Positions 1 through 9,375 of a stretch of DNA of 62,469 nucleotides are shown piece by piece. The DNA is taken from positions 1-62,469 of the forward strand of contig CAYNOO010000004.1 of NCBI GenBank assembly GCA_964398865.1, in the 5' to 3' direction. Origin of the DNA: an uncultured Candidatus Saccharibacteria bacterium (GTDB lineage Bacteria > Patescibacteriota > Minisyncoccia > Phycocordibacterales > Phycocordibacteraceae). The notes beneath the pieces are model-generated. The model searched no databases. It was not told the origin of the DNA and saw only the letters and a program-made list of their open reading frames with translations. Every line of letters starts with the position of its first letter. Position 1 is the first letter of the stretch. The translations under genes were made by a program, and so were the position numbers.

Positions 1-529
1 ATTGGGCTAAAGTCGGCGCTTCTTCATTTCGCTTCGATACTACTGGCTCTCCTTGGAGGGGCCAGAGGATGCCGATTGCGGGGTCATTCCACAGAATGGC
101 TGCCTGACCTGTCTCCTGGTAATGTGCGCTGCATTTATATTGCACTTCGCAATCGTCGCTCAGGGTCTGAAATCCGCGTGCAAAACCTGATGTAGCGTAG
201 AGCTGTTTTTTGTTCTTCTCTGATGCCTCAATGCCAAACCATTTTCCCAGAGTAGGTGAATCTTTGCGGATATCGACGGCAACAAGAAATGCACTCCCTC
301 GAGTGACGCGCATCAACTTTGCCATCGGCGGATCAAACTGAAAATTGAGACCACGTACTGTATTTTTTACGAGCGAACGAGAATGATTGTCTTGGACGAA
401 TACGTCGTTGATTCCAGTTAATGCGAATACGTCTTGCCTATATGTTTCCATAAAAAATCCGCGTGCATCTTCTAGAACGGTCGGCGTACACACAAAGATG
501 CCTGATATGTCAGTTTTTTCTATCTTCAT
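1..529 (-). CDS. rfbC: dTDP-4-dehydrorhamnose 3,5-epimerase (RmlC/cupin) family, 3' end runs off the window
   Basis: Not in ORF track (no stop in window). My translation from ATG at 529 (ATGA overlap with upstream stop): MKIEKTDISGIFVCTPTVLEDARGFFMETY...QDNHSRS...VRGLNFQ...GFARGF...EVQYKC...ILWNDPAIGILWP, the RmlC signature set, with two His substitutions. Confidence 0.85.
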   Translation of the reverse strand, partial: MKIEKTDISGIFVCTPTVLEDARGFFMETYRQDVFALTGINDVFVQDNHSRSLVKNTVRGLNFQFDPPMAKLMRVTRGSAFLVAVDIRKDSPTLGKWFGIEASEKNKKQLYATSGFARGFQTLSDDCEVQYKCSAHYQETGQAAILWNDPAIGILWPLQGEPVVSKRNEEAPTLAQ

Positions 530-1188
530 GATTCTGTATTAGGTAGCGATGCTATTCCAAGACACTGAAAGACATGCTCCGATACCAAGGCTTGCCGTGC
601 CAAAAGTAATATCTCTTCTAGGGTCGCCCAGATGAAATTATTAGGAATGGATATAAGAGGTTCTGAGAGATTGAGCACACAAACCTGGTTCACTTTCATG
701 TACATTTGAGCGCCATCCTGCGGCACCATGAAGCGCACGCACGCTTTATCGTGATAGAGGTCTGCAAAAGGCACTGCTCCCGAAAGACCTCTGGCGATAT
801 TGCCGTAAGAGGCTTGTAGCGTTGTAGTAAGCACTACGTGATCCGATGTTCCGTTTCCAGGTTCAGCCTTTGCCTGGACGAGGTACCGTCCGTCGTACCT
901 CGCGAGCAGTGCGATTCCGTAATTTCTATCCCCTTCGGAAGCTGCGACCGGCGCGATCATAAAACGCTCTATTTCTTTCGCCCGAGCAGTTTCAAAGCTC
1001 TTCAAGAAAATTCCGCGATGATATAACCTTGAGTCCAGACCTATGTGGTGCGGCTTGCCGTTTTCTTCTATTACTTTCCATTCACGTGCATCGACCATCG
1101 CTATTTCCTCCACAGTAATTGCCAGTTTCTCTCGCTGATTCGCGAACCATGTCTCAATTTCATTTGTTGATTTTTCTGGAACAGTCAT
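526..1188 (-). CDS. NDP-hexose 2,3-dehydratase family protein (single domain, 220 aa)
   Basis: W-x-x-E...H..G motif, QAKAEPGN and TTTLQASYGN resemble the OleV/EvaA-type QPxxQAT Nudix-like domain; sits next to rmlC. Confidence 0.65.
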   Translation of the reverse strand: MTVPEKSTNEIETWFANQREKLAITVEEIAMVDAREWKVIEENGKPHHIGLDSRLYHRGIFLKSFETARAKEIERFMIAPVAASEGDRNYGIALLARYDGRYLVQAKAEPGNGTSDHVVLTTTLQASYGNIARGLSGAVPFADLYHDKACVRFMVPQDGAQMYMKVNQVCVLNLSEPLISIPNNFIWATLEEILLLARQALVSEHVFQCLGIASLPNTES

Positions 1189-2132
1189 GCTTGTTTCTTG
1201 AAAATAAAGGTCGAGGCAAATTTAAGCGTCTCCGGCTGTATGTCTGTCGGAGCAAGCTCTCCGTTCTCTTGGATTCTAAAGGCATCATATCCCTGGCTCT
1301 TGAGGAGTGCTAGCGATGCACGCGTTCGCTCTATCGCGGAAGGGGTATTGTAGATTCGGAGCGCCAAGACGGGACTGTGTGCACTGAGGAGCTTCTCCGC
1401 TCCTTGAAGCACCAGAAAATCCGCGTTCATCACATCCATCTTTATTACTTTGGGAATCGCCTGCTCGCGAGAGCAATACTCGTCTATCGTGGTGGTTGTT
1501 ACACTAATACCTTGTGCGGTTTTGGTTTCTCCGTTTTTTATATCAGGGAAAAATGAGCTCATGCCGCTCTTGTTTCCTGCGGAAATATCGTACAGCAACG
1601 CTTCTCCTGATTTTTCAGCAAGTGCGAGGGCATTAACTTTCGTGGATGGCGCGGCATTCTGTCTCGTGTAAGCGACCGCTTTCGGGTTGGGTTCAAAGCT
1701 ATGTACCTTAGCGCCAAGGGCTTCTCCAAGCGCCGTGTAGAGACCTAGGCTTGAGCCGATATCAAAGAATACGTCTCCCGTTTCAAGAGTACCAATGAGA
1801 AAACGGACGAGGAAAATTTCCGAGCCCCCTAATGAGCCGGTGTAGTAGGCCAATACGGCATCTTCATCCCACGCGGGCAACGTAAGCGGTGCGCCCCAGA
1901 ACATTGTCGCTCTAATGTCGGGTGAAGAAATCAATCCTGTCTTATAGAGAGCTACGTGTGCTACTTTTTCGGGATGGCGCAAAAACTTCTTCACGCGATT
2001 CATCAAAAGAGAGTCTTTCTCTGCGTTGAGATACAAATCTAGATCGGTTTTTGCTGCATCAAGTTTCTCCAAAAGAATCGCCTTATCAGCCACAGATGAA
2101 GATTGGAGCATGTCTTGATTATACGATGCCAA
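1185..2132 (-). CDS. FkbM-family SAM methyltransferase
   Basis: VFFDIGSSLGLYT motif I, VHSFEPNP, TTTIDEY, IKMDV. Confidence 0.8.
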   Translation of the reverse strand: MASYNQDMLQSSSVADKAILLEKLDAAKTDLDLYLNAEKDSLLMNRVKKFLRHPEKVAHVALYKTGLISSPDIRATMFWGAPLTLPAWDEDAVLAYYTGSLGGSEIFLVRFLIGTLETGDVFFDIGSSLGLYTALGEALGAKVHSFEPNPKAVAYTRQNAAPSTKVNALALAEKSGEALLYDISAGNKSGMSSFFPDIKNGETKTAQGISVTTTTIDEYCSREQAIPKVIKMDVMNADFLVLQGAEKLLSAHSPVLALRIYNTPSAIERTRASLALLKSQGYDAFRIQENGELAPTDIQPETLKFASTFIFKKQA

Positions 2133-3030
2133 GTTCCTGCTTCAGTGACGATATGCCTGCCTGAAAATCTATTGAAGGGCTCCACCCAAGCATCTGTTTT
2201 GCTTTTGAGATGTCCGCGACACGGCGTGTCGGACCTGCACGGAATCCGGCTCGCGACTCAAGGTGAATGACTTCCCCACCCACAATGGTGGCAAGATCGT
2301 TGAGTGAGGTTTCGACGCCGGAGCCAATATTGAAAACCTCTCCGCCACGGACATCATCGCGTTCAGCGGCAATTATGAAAGCCTTCACAATGTCCATAAC
2401 ATGCACATAATCGCGAGTGCTCCTGCCGTCTCCGTCTATAGTGAGAGACTGCCCCTTACGTCGCAAATCCAAGAAACGTCCAATGACGAATCCATCCGGA
2501 CCAATCAGATCTCGCGGACCATACGCATTGAATAGGCGCAACGATACGGTAGGCACTCCATAAGAGCTATCCCATAGGCGCATCGCGCACTCCCCGTAGT
2601 ATTTGTATAAACCGTATGGATCGACAGGGAGCGCCGGCAATGCTTCGTGATATGGCACAACTTCCTGGGCTCCATACACGGTAGCGGAAGAAGCGAAGAC
2701 AACCTTTTTTACGCCAAGCTCGCGTGCGACCTGAAGGAGCGTAATGGTGCCGGTCACATTCACGTCCGATGATTCTACTGGGAAATCAATGCAGTACTGA
2801 TCCGTCCGAGCAGCGAGGTGAAAAATATAATCACTTCCCTCGCATATCTTTTTCATTATCTCTCTGTCACGTATGTCGCACTGGCGCAGTGTCGTCCCTG
2901 CAACTTGTTGCGTGGCGTCGTTTATCTTCTGTGACGCGGTGACATGTACTTCAAAGCCGCGCGCCAAAAGAGCTTCCGCAAGGTGCGAGCCTATAAGACG
3001 TGTCCCTCCCGTGATGACTGCTTTCTTCAT
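2119..3030 (-). CDS. NAD-dependent epimerase/dehydratase (extended SDR)
   Basis: ITGGTRLIGSHL (GxxGxxG with middle Gly->Arg), FASSATVYG, YGLYK (YxxxK), LRLFNAYGP. Confidence 0.85.
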   Translation of the reverse strand: MKKAVITGGTRLIGSHLAEALLARGFEVHVTASQKINDATQQVAGTTLRQCDIRDREIMKKICEGSDYIFHLAARTDQYCIDFPVESSDVNVTGTITLLQVARELGVKKVVFASSATVYGAQEVVPYHEALPALPVDPYGLYKYYGECAMRLWDSSYGVPTVSLRLFNAYGPRDLIGPDGFVIGRFLDLRRKGQSLTIDGDGRSTRDYVHVMDIVKAFIIAAERDDVRGGEVFNIGSGVETSLNDLATIVGGEVIHLESRAGFRAGPTRRVADISKAKQMLGWSPSIDFQAGISSLKQELGIV

Positions 3031-3981
3031 CTAAGGTGCGGCGAGATATTCCTGTAAACCTTCCTCAACAGTATAGAGGGGCTTCCATCCGAGCTCACGA
3101 ATACGACTCGCATCCATTTGATATTTAAGATCCATACCTGGTCGCTCTGAAGGATGAGTCTGAACTGCTTTCCCTGTCACTTCCTCCACTTTCTTAATTA
3201 GATCTTTCACTATAAAACCGTCATTCAACGTAACGTTGAAGACTCCCGTTCCTCTCTCAAGAATTAAATCTATTGCGGGAGGAATGTTTTTGACATAAAT
3301 ATATTCACGGTACCCTTTCCCATCTTCGTGAAGCGGGATGGAATACCCTTCAAAGATGCTCTTCCGAATTGCCGCGATAATCTTTTCTTTTGATTGGCGT
3401 GGTCCAAAGACGTTACAAAAGCGCGTTTCTGCTGTTTTCCCCTTAAGCTCGGGATACGTATTATCGTACGTAATGCGCAAGAGAGAACCCATAGCTTTCG
3501 AGCATGAATAGGGATTTTTCGGGGCAAGCATCTCGTCTTCCCGCATGAGGTGATTGCATTCCCCGTACACTTCGTCTGTAGAAACATAGATAAATTTCTT
3601 TAGATTTGGAAGTCTGCGGCACGCCTCGAACGCATGTATATTCCCGAGATTATTCTTTCGAAGTGTACGCAAAGGCTCGCGTATTGAGTAATCAACGTCA
3701 GTAATAGCAGCGGCATGAATCACATAATCTGGATTTTCTCGAATAATCACGTCCATGACTTTTGGCTCAGCCATATGGACGTTGTGATGGAAAAATGACC
3801 CATCTATGATTTCTGGGCATGAGCCCTCCGAAAGATTGTCTATGACGACGACATTCCAGCCTTTAGCAACGAAATATTGCGTGACGTGCGAAAAAATAAA
3901 TCCCAAACCGCCCGTGATGACGATTTTTGGCACCCCTTCCTTGAGTGCAGTTTTCGATTTCCAGAGATGAGAGAGATTCAT
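3031..3981 (-). CDS. dTDP-glucose 4,6-dehydratase-like SDR
   Basis: ITGGLGFIFS, HAAAITDVDYSI, STDEVYG, YSCSK, RFCNVFGPRQ. Confidence 0.8.
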   Translation of the reverse strand: MNLSHLWKSKTALKEGVPKIVITGGLGFIFSHVTQYFVAKGWNVVVIDNLSEGSCPEIIDGSFFHHNVHMAEPKVMDVIIRENPDYVIHAAAITDVDYSIREPLRTLRKNNLGNIHAFEACRRLPNLKKFIYVSTDEVYGECNHLMREDEMLAPKNPYSCSKAMGSLLRITYDNTYPELKGKTAETRFCNVFGPRQSKEKIIAAIRKSIFEGYSIPLHEDGKGYREYIYVKNIPPAIDLILERGTGVFNVTLNDGFIVKDLIKKVEEVTGKAVQTHPSERPGMDLKYQMDASRIRELGWKPLYTVEEGLQEYLAAP

Positions 3982-5060
3982 GAGGGTCGTATATACTCGC
4001 GAAGCATATCAGAAAGGTGTTTTGAAAACGAATCAAACCTGAGATATTCACGATAGACACGACGCGCTTCTTTCTGCATCCATTCAAAGCGCTGAGGTGA
4101 TACTGATGCATGAAAATTAGCGAGTATTTCTGCGATTTTATCAGTGTCGCGCCAGTCGACGAAAACAGAGAAAGATCGATAATCGATTTTATCTTCAAGA
4201 GGCAGAACGCAGGCGGTATCAAGAAATAAAGGAATTCGCCCGAGCGAGAGCGCTTCATAAAAACGCACCGACGAATTTGCATCCCCTTTCACGCAAAGCG
4301 CGTAGTCGGATTCAAGAAGATTCTCGACGAATTCGCGGCGATTATCTTCGACACTCCCTTCAATCGTCTTCACATGACCGGAATACGTCGCACGAGTCTT
4401 GAAGTGCGGCTCTACACGAGTACTTGCCTCTAGCGCCTTGAGTGACTTCTTCCTAAACAGGATGCCTTTATGTTCAGCGCCTCGTTCATTATTAAAGATT
4501 GCAGCGAGAGTAACCGAGAGTTCCTTGAGGTGGGTTTTCAAACGCTTTTTCAATGACATTCCTGCCCATCCAGTAAAACCTACCGATGGACTCTCCGGTT
4601 TCGTTCGCAATTGAAGCTGACCGCCTGCATAGGACTCCAGAAGATCTTCGGCGACAAACGGAACAGTTACCTCATTTTGCTGTTTTGAATACCGATACTG
4701 ACTGACACGCAAGATGACAGAATTAGGTATGCGTATTGGATGCTCGATGTCGCCCGATCCGTCTATGAGAAGAGGTTTTCGAGCCATGTGCGCTTCCTCC
4801 TCTATCATGCGCACCTTGTCAGGATTTATCGCACGAAAACGATCGTACGGATATGGCATGAGAACAAAATCAGCGTCTTCAATTCTTTCGACAAGGGTAA
4901 AATCATCCTTTGAATACTGATATTGAAGTGCTGCCGCGCGTACATAGGGCATCGTTTCTTTTGCAGCAATTCCCCAAAAAGGAAACAAAAGTTCTACATG
5001 GGTAAAAATCCGCGGTTCCCGATAGCTATCAGGCGCATAGAGTTTTATAGGCTCGTTCAT
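3978..5060 (-). CDS. Exostosin-family (GT47) glycosyltransferase
   Basis: C-terminal SDYALCVKGDANSSVRFYEALSLGRIPLF..LPLED motif. Confidence 0.7.
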   Translation of the reverse strand: MNEPIKLYAPDSYREPRIFTHVELLFPFWGIAAKETMPYVRAAALQYQYSKDDFTLVERIEDADFVLMPYPYDRFRAINPDKVRMIEEEAHMARKPLLIDGSGDIEHPIRIPNSVILRVSQYRYSKQQNEVTVPFVAEDLLESYAGGQLQLRTKPESPSVGFTGWAGMSLKKRLKTHLKELSVTLAAIFNNERGAEHKGILFRKKSLKALEASTRVEPHFKTRATYSGHVKTIEGSVEDNRREFVENLLESDYALCVKGDANSSVRFYEALSLGRIPLFLDTACVLPLEDKIDYRSFSVFVDWRDTDKIAEILANFHASVSPQRFEWMQKEARRVYREYLRFDSFSKHLSDMLREYIRPS

Positions 5061-5686
5061 TGTGGTTTGAGTGCAGTTACAAGATATCCTAACGGGTAAT
5101 CAGACGGCTGGTATTTCTTTCCCAAGAGTCCCGCAAATTTCGCGAAGAGGTAATCAGAAATACGCGCAAGCGGGTTCATGAACAATGAAAGCGGTTGCAA
5201 AAATCTTGGCAACAAGCGCTCGAGTAATACCCATCGGACGGCAAACACTCCAGTTCCGAGCGGGGTCACGGAAATGTTCGAAAAACCCGAAGATAAAAGC
5301 GCTTTCGTGAGCGCTTCCCCGGAATAGCGATGAAAGTCGCTCGGCGAAGGATGGTATGGAAACAAAAACGGTACGACGATTATGATACTGCCGCCAGGCT
5401 TTAGGACTCGTGCGCTCTCGCCAATGAGCTGACGATATTCAAAGATATGTTCAAGAACATTGATGAGAAGGGCGCCATCGTATGAACTCTTAGTAAACGG
5501 AAGTGGTTTCTCCAAATCAACAACGACATCAGGCTTCGTGCCTTCAAGATTTGCGGTGGTAATGGAAAAATCTCCCTTAAAAAGCTTGTGATATTCCGAC
5601 CGAGAATCCCCACCCAGGTCAACCACGGCACCCGAAAGCGTGATGCTTTTCAGGGCTTGATATTCTGCTTTCCGAAGAATGGTCAT
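5057..5686 (-). CDS. Class I SAM-dependent methyltransferase (type 11)
   Basis: VVDLGG, NVLEHI, RVLKPGG, YHPSPSDFHRYS. Confidence 0.75.
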   Translation of the reverse strand: MTILRKAEYQALKSITLSGAVVDLGGDSRSEYHKLFKGDFSITTANLEGTKPDVVVDLEKPLPFTKSSYDGALLINVLEHIFEYRQLIGESARVLKPGGSIIIVVPFLFPYHPSPSDFHRYSGEALTKALLSSGFSNISVTPLGTGVFAVRWVLLERLLPRFLQPLSLFMNPLARISDYLFAKFAGLLGKKYQPSDYPLGYLVTALKPQ

Positions 5687-5691
5687 GACTC

Positions 5692-6717
5692 TTATAATAA
5701 CGCTTTCATGAGAGTGCTGGCTAAGGCATCCAGGCTCTGTGTTTTCTTAACCGCTTCCTCTCCGCTTCTCTGCAGTGCTTGAAATTCAGCGTCCGACATT
5801 CGTATCATTCGCTCCAGCGCATTGGCAAGCGCGCTTGAATCATTCTCAGGTACGACCCATCGAGCGGGTACGAGATCTGCAAACGCCAAACTTGAAATGA
5901 TCACAGGAGTTCCGCATGCCATCGATTCAAGAACTGACTTATCAAAATGTCCTGACGCCGCAAGATTCACCGAAACGCCCGCAGCACTGTAAAGGTTCGG
6001 TGTCTCATGATTGGGCACAGGACCTTTAAACACAACAGCGCCGGAATCTATAAGGTCCGCAAAACGATTACGAAGTTCCGGACCATACGCGCTGTCTTCT
6101 GGACCGACAAGCATGACAGTCGCAGGAAGTCGCTCGCGCAGGTGTCGGAGTGCTTCAAGTAGGATATGAACGCGCTTCGATGGCATTATCCTGCCTTGTG
6201 AGTAAATGAGTTGCCGATTGCGAACGACTTCCGGTTGCAATTTAAAAACATCAATATCGATTCCGGCTGGCATGCGGCGAGCGTGTGAAAAACCGGAGGA
6301 GCCAGCATATGGTGAAGTGAAAAAGATGATCTCCGCAAAAGAAGCAGCGATGGCGAGCCTGAGTCCTTTATGCGGATGGTTGTACCAGAGGCTTATGGGT
6401 TTTCGCCAGAGTTTCCATAAGAAACCCGCGAGCATAACATATTCTGGATTCATGTGAACAAATACCTTGTCGTACTCTTTTCGTAGATTCCACGCGAGGT
6501 ACAGAAAGCGCATCGAGTATAAGAATTTATTCCCTCCACCCTGCTCTTTTCCGATTGAGTGGACATGGACATTGGCAGGCAGCGTGTGTTTACCTTCTTT
6601 CAAACAAATAACTTCTACTTGCTCGACGTGCTTTGAAAATTCTTCAATCCATTTATGCATGAACCCGAGTATGGGGTCATCCCTATCGACAATCTGCGTG
6701 ACGATCAGCAATCTCAT
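5692..6717 (-). CDS. GT4 glycosyltransferase
   Basis: GRIMPSKRVH, FDKSVLESMACGTPVI. Confidence 0.85.
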   Translation of the reverse strand: MRLLIVTQIVDRDDPILGFMHKWIEEFSKHVEQVEVICLKEGKHTLPANVHVHSIGKEQGGGNKFLYSMRFLYLAWNLRKEYDKVFVHMNPEYVMLAGFLWKLWRKPISLWYNHPHKGLRLAIAASFAEIIFFTSPYAGSSGFSHARRMPAGIDIDVFKLQPEVVRNRQLIYSQGRIMPSKRVHILLEALRHLRERLPATVMLVGPEDSAYGPELRNRFADLIDSGAVVFKGPVPNHETPNLYSAAGVSVNLAASGHFDKSVLESMACGTPVIISSLAFADLVPARWVVPENDSSALANALERMIRMSDAEFQALQRSGEEAVKKTQSLDALASTLMKALL

Positions 6718-7286
6718 AAGAGTTCATCGAACGAGCGAATAACAGAATGAGTACCGCTACCTGGCTTCCCGTCACGCCGCATTTCATACAAAGAGACTTC
6801 TGGGCAATGTGTTCGCACAGAATCAAGCTGTGCTGCAAGATCATCGACGAACGCATACGGCGGAACGAAATCCTTTAAGAGAGGCTGGAGTGCTATCCCC
6901 TTCTCACGATCGTGCGCATAGATGACGCGTTCTATGGAAAGCCCTGCAAGAGCACTCCCGAGTTTGGATTTAATCCACGCCTCATGTCCGTAAGACAAGA
7001 TGACTGATTCATTGCCGTGAGCGCCAAGAAATCGGACGGCATCGGGAAATACGAAATGGGACAACTCACCCGGTGCAAAAACGAGTTTTCCGTCAACACA
7101 AAGCTGGTTAAGTTTCTCCCACACTTCCACACGACCGGTGCCGCCCTGTATCGTGGAATCGCGAGGCGTACTGACCAAGGCGCGTATCTCTTCTTTCAAC
7201 TCGACACATGCCGGATTATCAATCAAGGTTGGAGTGAATGAATCGGTATCAAAAAGAGTCCTATCAAAATCGAGAAAATAGGTCAT
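6714..7286 (-). CDS. HAD-superfamily hydrolase
   Basis: N-terminal DFDRTLFD (motif I), K, FVDD (motif IV). Confidence 0.65.
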   Translation of the reverse strand: MTYFLDFDRTLFDTDSFTPTLIDNPACVELKEEIRALVSTPRDSTIQGGTGRVEVWEKLNQLCVDGKLVFAPGELSHFVFPDAVRFLGAHGNESVILSYGHEAWIKSKLGSALAGLSIERVIYAHDREKGIALQPLLKDFVPPYAFVDDLAAQLDSVRTHCPEVSLYEMRRDGKPGSGTHSVIRSFDELL

Positions 7287-8383
7287 AGAAGCGATTGAAC
7301 TACGTCAGCAATTTTTTTCGGATCATGACGGATAAGACTTCGCTCAATGACATCTCCTTCAATCTTGGGGAGTGGTAACACATCAGCAAATATCCCGCGT
7401 ATCACACCAGGAGTTTTTCCTAGGTCATCAACCACGGGAAAAGCCATCTTTTTTGCATAGTACTCAAGGATGTCTTCAGGAACAGTACCCGAGTGCACGA
7501 TTACATAATCAGGTTTCCTTCCTGCATACCTTTCGATCTCTTCCAGGTGACGAGATGCACTGTAGCCACTCGTTTCAGAAGCGGTGCTAAAAATATTCAC
7601 GAAGTAGATAAGGCGCGCGCGCGATCGTCGGACAGCCTCGCGGAGTCCAGGAACAGCAAAGTTCGCGAGAGTAGATGTATACAAATCTCCTGGTCCAAGA
7701 ATGATGAAATCAGCAGAGTCCACTGCAAGCTCTGCTTCATCCGCTAAGGTTAGCTGTTCGGATATACTCAATGCAACAATTGGAGGTCCACCAGGAGCTC
7801 GTGCATTGATTGCATGCTGACCAACAATTTTCTCACCGTTTGCAAGCTCTGCAATGAGTGTCGCAGGGTAATCTGATACGGGAACTACATATCCGCGAAC
7901 CCGCAAAATCTCTGAGACGGCGCGAATTGCTGCGCCATCGGAACCCAGCTTGTCCGTGAGAGCAGTTAGAAGCAGGTTACCGAGATTATGTCCTTTGACA
8001 TCTCCTTTTGAGAATCGATACGTGAAAATGTCGCGAAGCATTGTCCCATCTTTTGCGAGCGCGACAAGCGCTTGCCTCGCGTCCCCCAACGGGAGAAAAC
8101 CATATGAGTCACGAAGTCTGCCTGTTGAGCCGCCGTCGTCTGCAACGGATACGATCGCTGAAAGCGAGATGCGCGGCAAAGATTTCAGTGCCGAAAGAAC
8201 AACGAAGGTGCCGGTACCGCCGCCGATAGTGACGACGCGTTTTGTATTCGTTATGAACCGATGACCAGAGAGAAGTGCGTTACGCACGGCATAGAGACGA
8301 CTTTCCGCACTGCGAACGGGGTCAAAAATTGCACGAAGATGCATCTTGATGCGACGAGTAATGTCTAAACGGGGTTTCTTCAT
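7283..8383 (-). CDS. YvcK/GlmR (CofD-like, UPF0052) family protein, paralog 2
   Basis: IGGGTG, VADDGGSTGRLR, GHNLGNL, LGPGDLYTS, RHDP. Confidence 0.85.
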   Translation of the reverse strand: MKKPRLDITRRIKMHLRAIFDPVRSAESRLYAVRNALLSGHRFITNTKRVVTIGGGTGTFVVLSALKSLPRISLSAIVSVADDGGSTGRLRDSYGFLPLGDARQALVALAKDGTMLRDIFTYRFSKGDVKGHNLGNLLLTALTDKLGSDGAAIRAVSEILRVRGYVVPVSDYPATLIAELANGEKIVGQHAINARAPGGPPIVALSISEQLTLADEAELAVDSADFIILGPGDLYTSTLANFAVPGLREAVRRSRARLIYFVNIFSTASETSGYSASRHLEEIERYAGRKPDYVIVHSGTVPEDILEYYAKKMAFPVVDDLGKTPGVIRGIFADVLPLPKIEGDVIERSLIRHDPKKIADVVQSLL

Positions 8384-9363
8384 AGTAATGCGGTAAGCGC
8401 GGAAGCAATTTTCTTCGAATCATGACGGATAAGGCTTCGGGGAAGGACGTCTCCCGCGACTTTCTTCGCAACGATCACGTCAGCGAATGATCCGCGAATA
8501 ATTGAAGAGTCATTCGGTAGATCATCAATGATGGGAAGTTCTTGTTCTTTCTCGTAGAGCTCCAAGACATCTTTTGGAAATGTGCCGACATGCATTATGA
8601 TCGCGTCGGGGCGTCTACCGGCATAGCGAGTAATCTCTTCGACGTGACGCGACGCACTATAGCCATCGGTCTGACCAGCCTTCGTAAATAAGTTAACAAT
8701 GTAGACAAGCCGCGCTTTCGCGCTTGCAACCGTACCAGTGAGTCCTGACACTGCGAAATTAGCGAGAGTAGAAGCGTAAAGATCACCGGGACCAAGAACA
8801 AGCATATCGGCTTCAACAACTGCTTCTGCTGCATCCTTTGATATAGAGATAGATTCTTTCGTCTCAAGAGATGTTATGGGTGATCTGCCTGGCGTACGTT
8901 CGTCTATTTTGTGTTCGCTTACTATTATCTCTCCATTCTCAAGGTGCGCCACTAGCGTCGCAGGCGTATCTGAAACTGGCACTACGTGTCCGTCAACCCG
9001 CAATATCTGCGACGCCGCCTCTATCGCTGCAGCGTCTGATCCTAATATGTCAGTCAACGCAGTTAAAAACAAATTTCCGAAGTTATGTCCGTTGATGTCG
9101 CCCTTAGGAAATCGATAATTAAAAAGTGAGCGCATGAGAGGTGCGCCGTTATCATCAGCAAGCGCAATAAGCGCTTGCCTGGCATCTCCCAACGGGAGGA
9201 AGCCGTACGAGTCACGAAGTCTGCCTGTTGAGCCGCCGTCGTCTGCAACAGAGACAATCGCTTTCAAAGATACATTCGGCACGTGCTTCAAGCCCGACAA
9301 CACGACAAACGTGCCGGTGCCGCCCCCGATGGTTACGATGCGCTTTCCTGATCCGTCCCCCAT
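8380..9363 (-). CDS. YvcK/GlmR (CofD-like, UPF0052) family protein, paralog 1
   Basis: IGGGTG, VADDGGSTGRLR, GHNFGNL, LGPGDLYAS, RHDS. Confidence 0.85.
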   Translation of the reverse strand: MGDGSGKRIVTIGGGTGTFVVLSGLKHVPNVSLKAIVSVADDGGSTGRLRDSYGFLPLGDARQALIALADDNGAPLMRSLFNYRFPKGDINGHNFGNLFLTALTDILGSDAAAIEAASQILRVDGHVVPVSDTPATLVAHLENGEIIVSEHKIDERTPGRSPITSLETKESISISKDAAEAVVEADMLVLGPGDLYASTLANFAVSGLTGTVASAKARLVYIVNLFTKAGQTDGYSASRHVEEITRYAGRRPDAIIMHVGTFPKDVLELYEKEQELPIIDDLPNDSSIIRGSFADVIVAKKVAGDVLPRSLIRHDSKKIASALTALL

Positions 9364-9375
9364 GATGATGTATTC

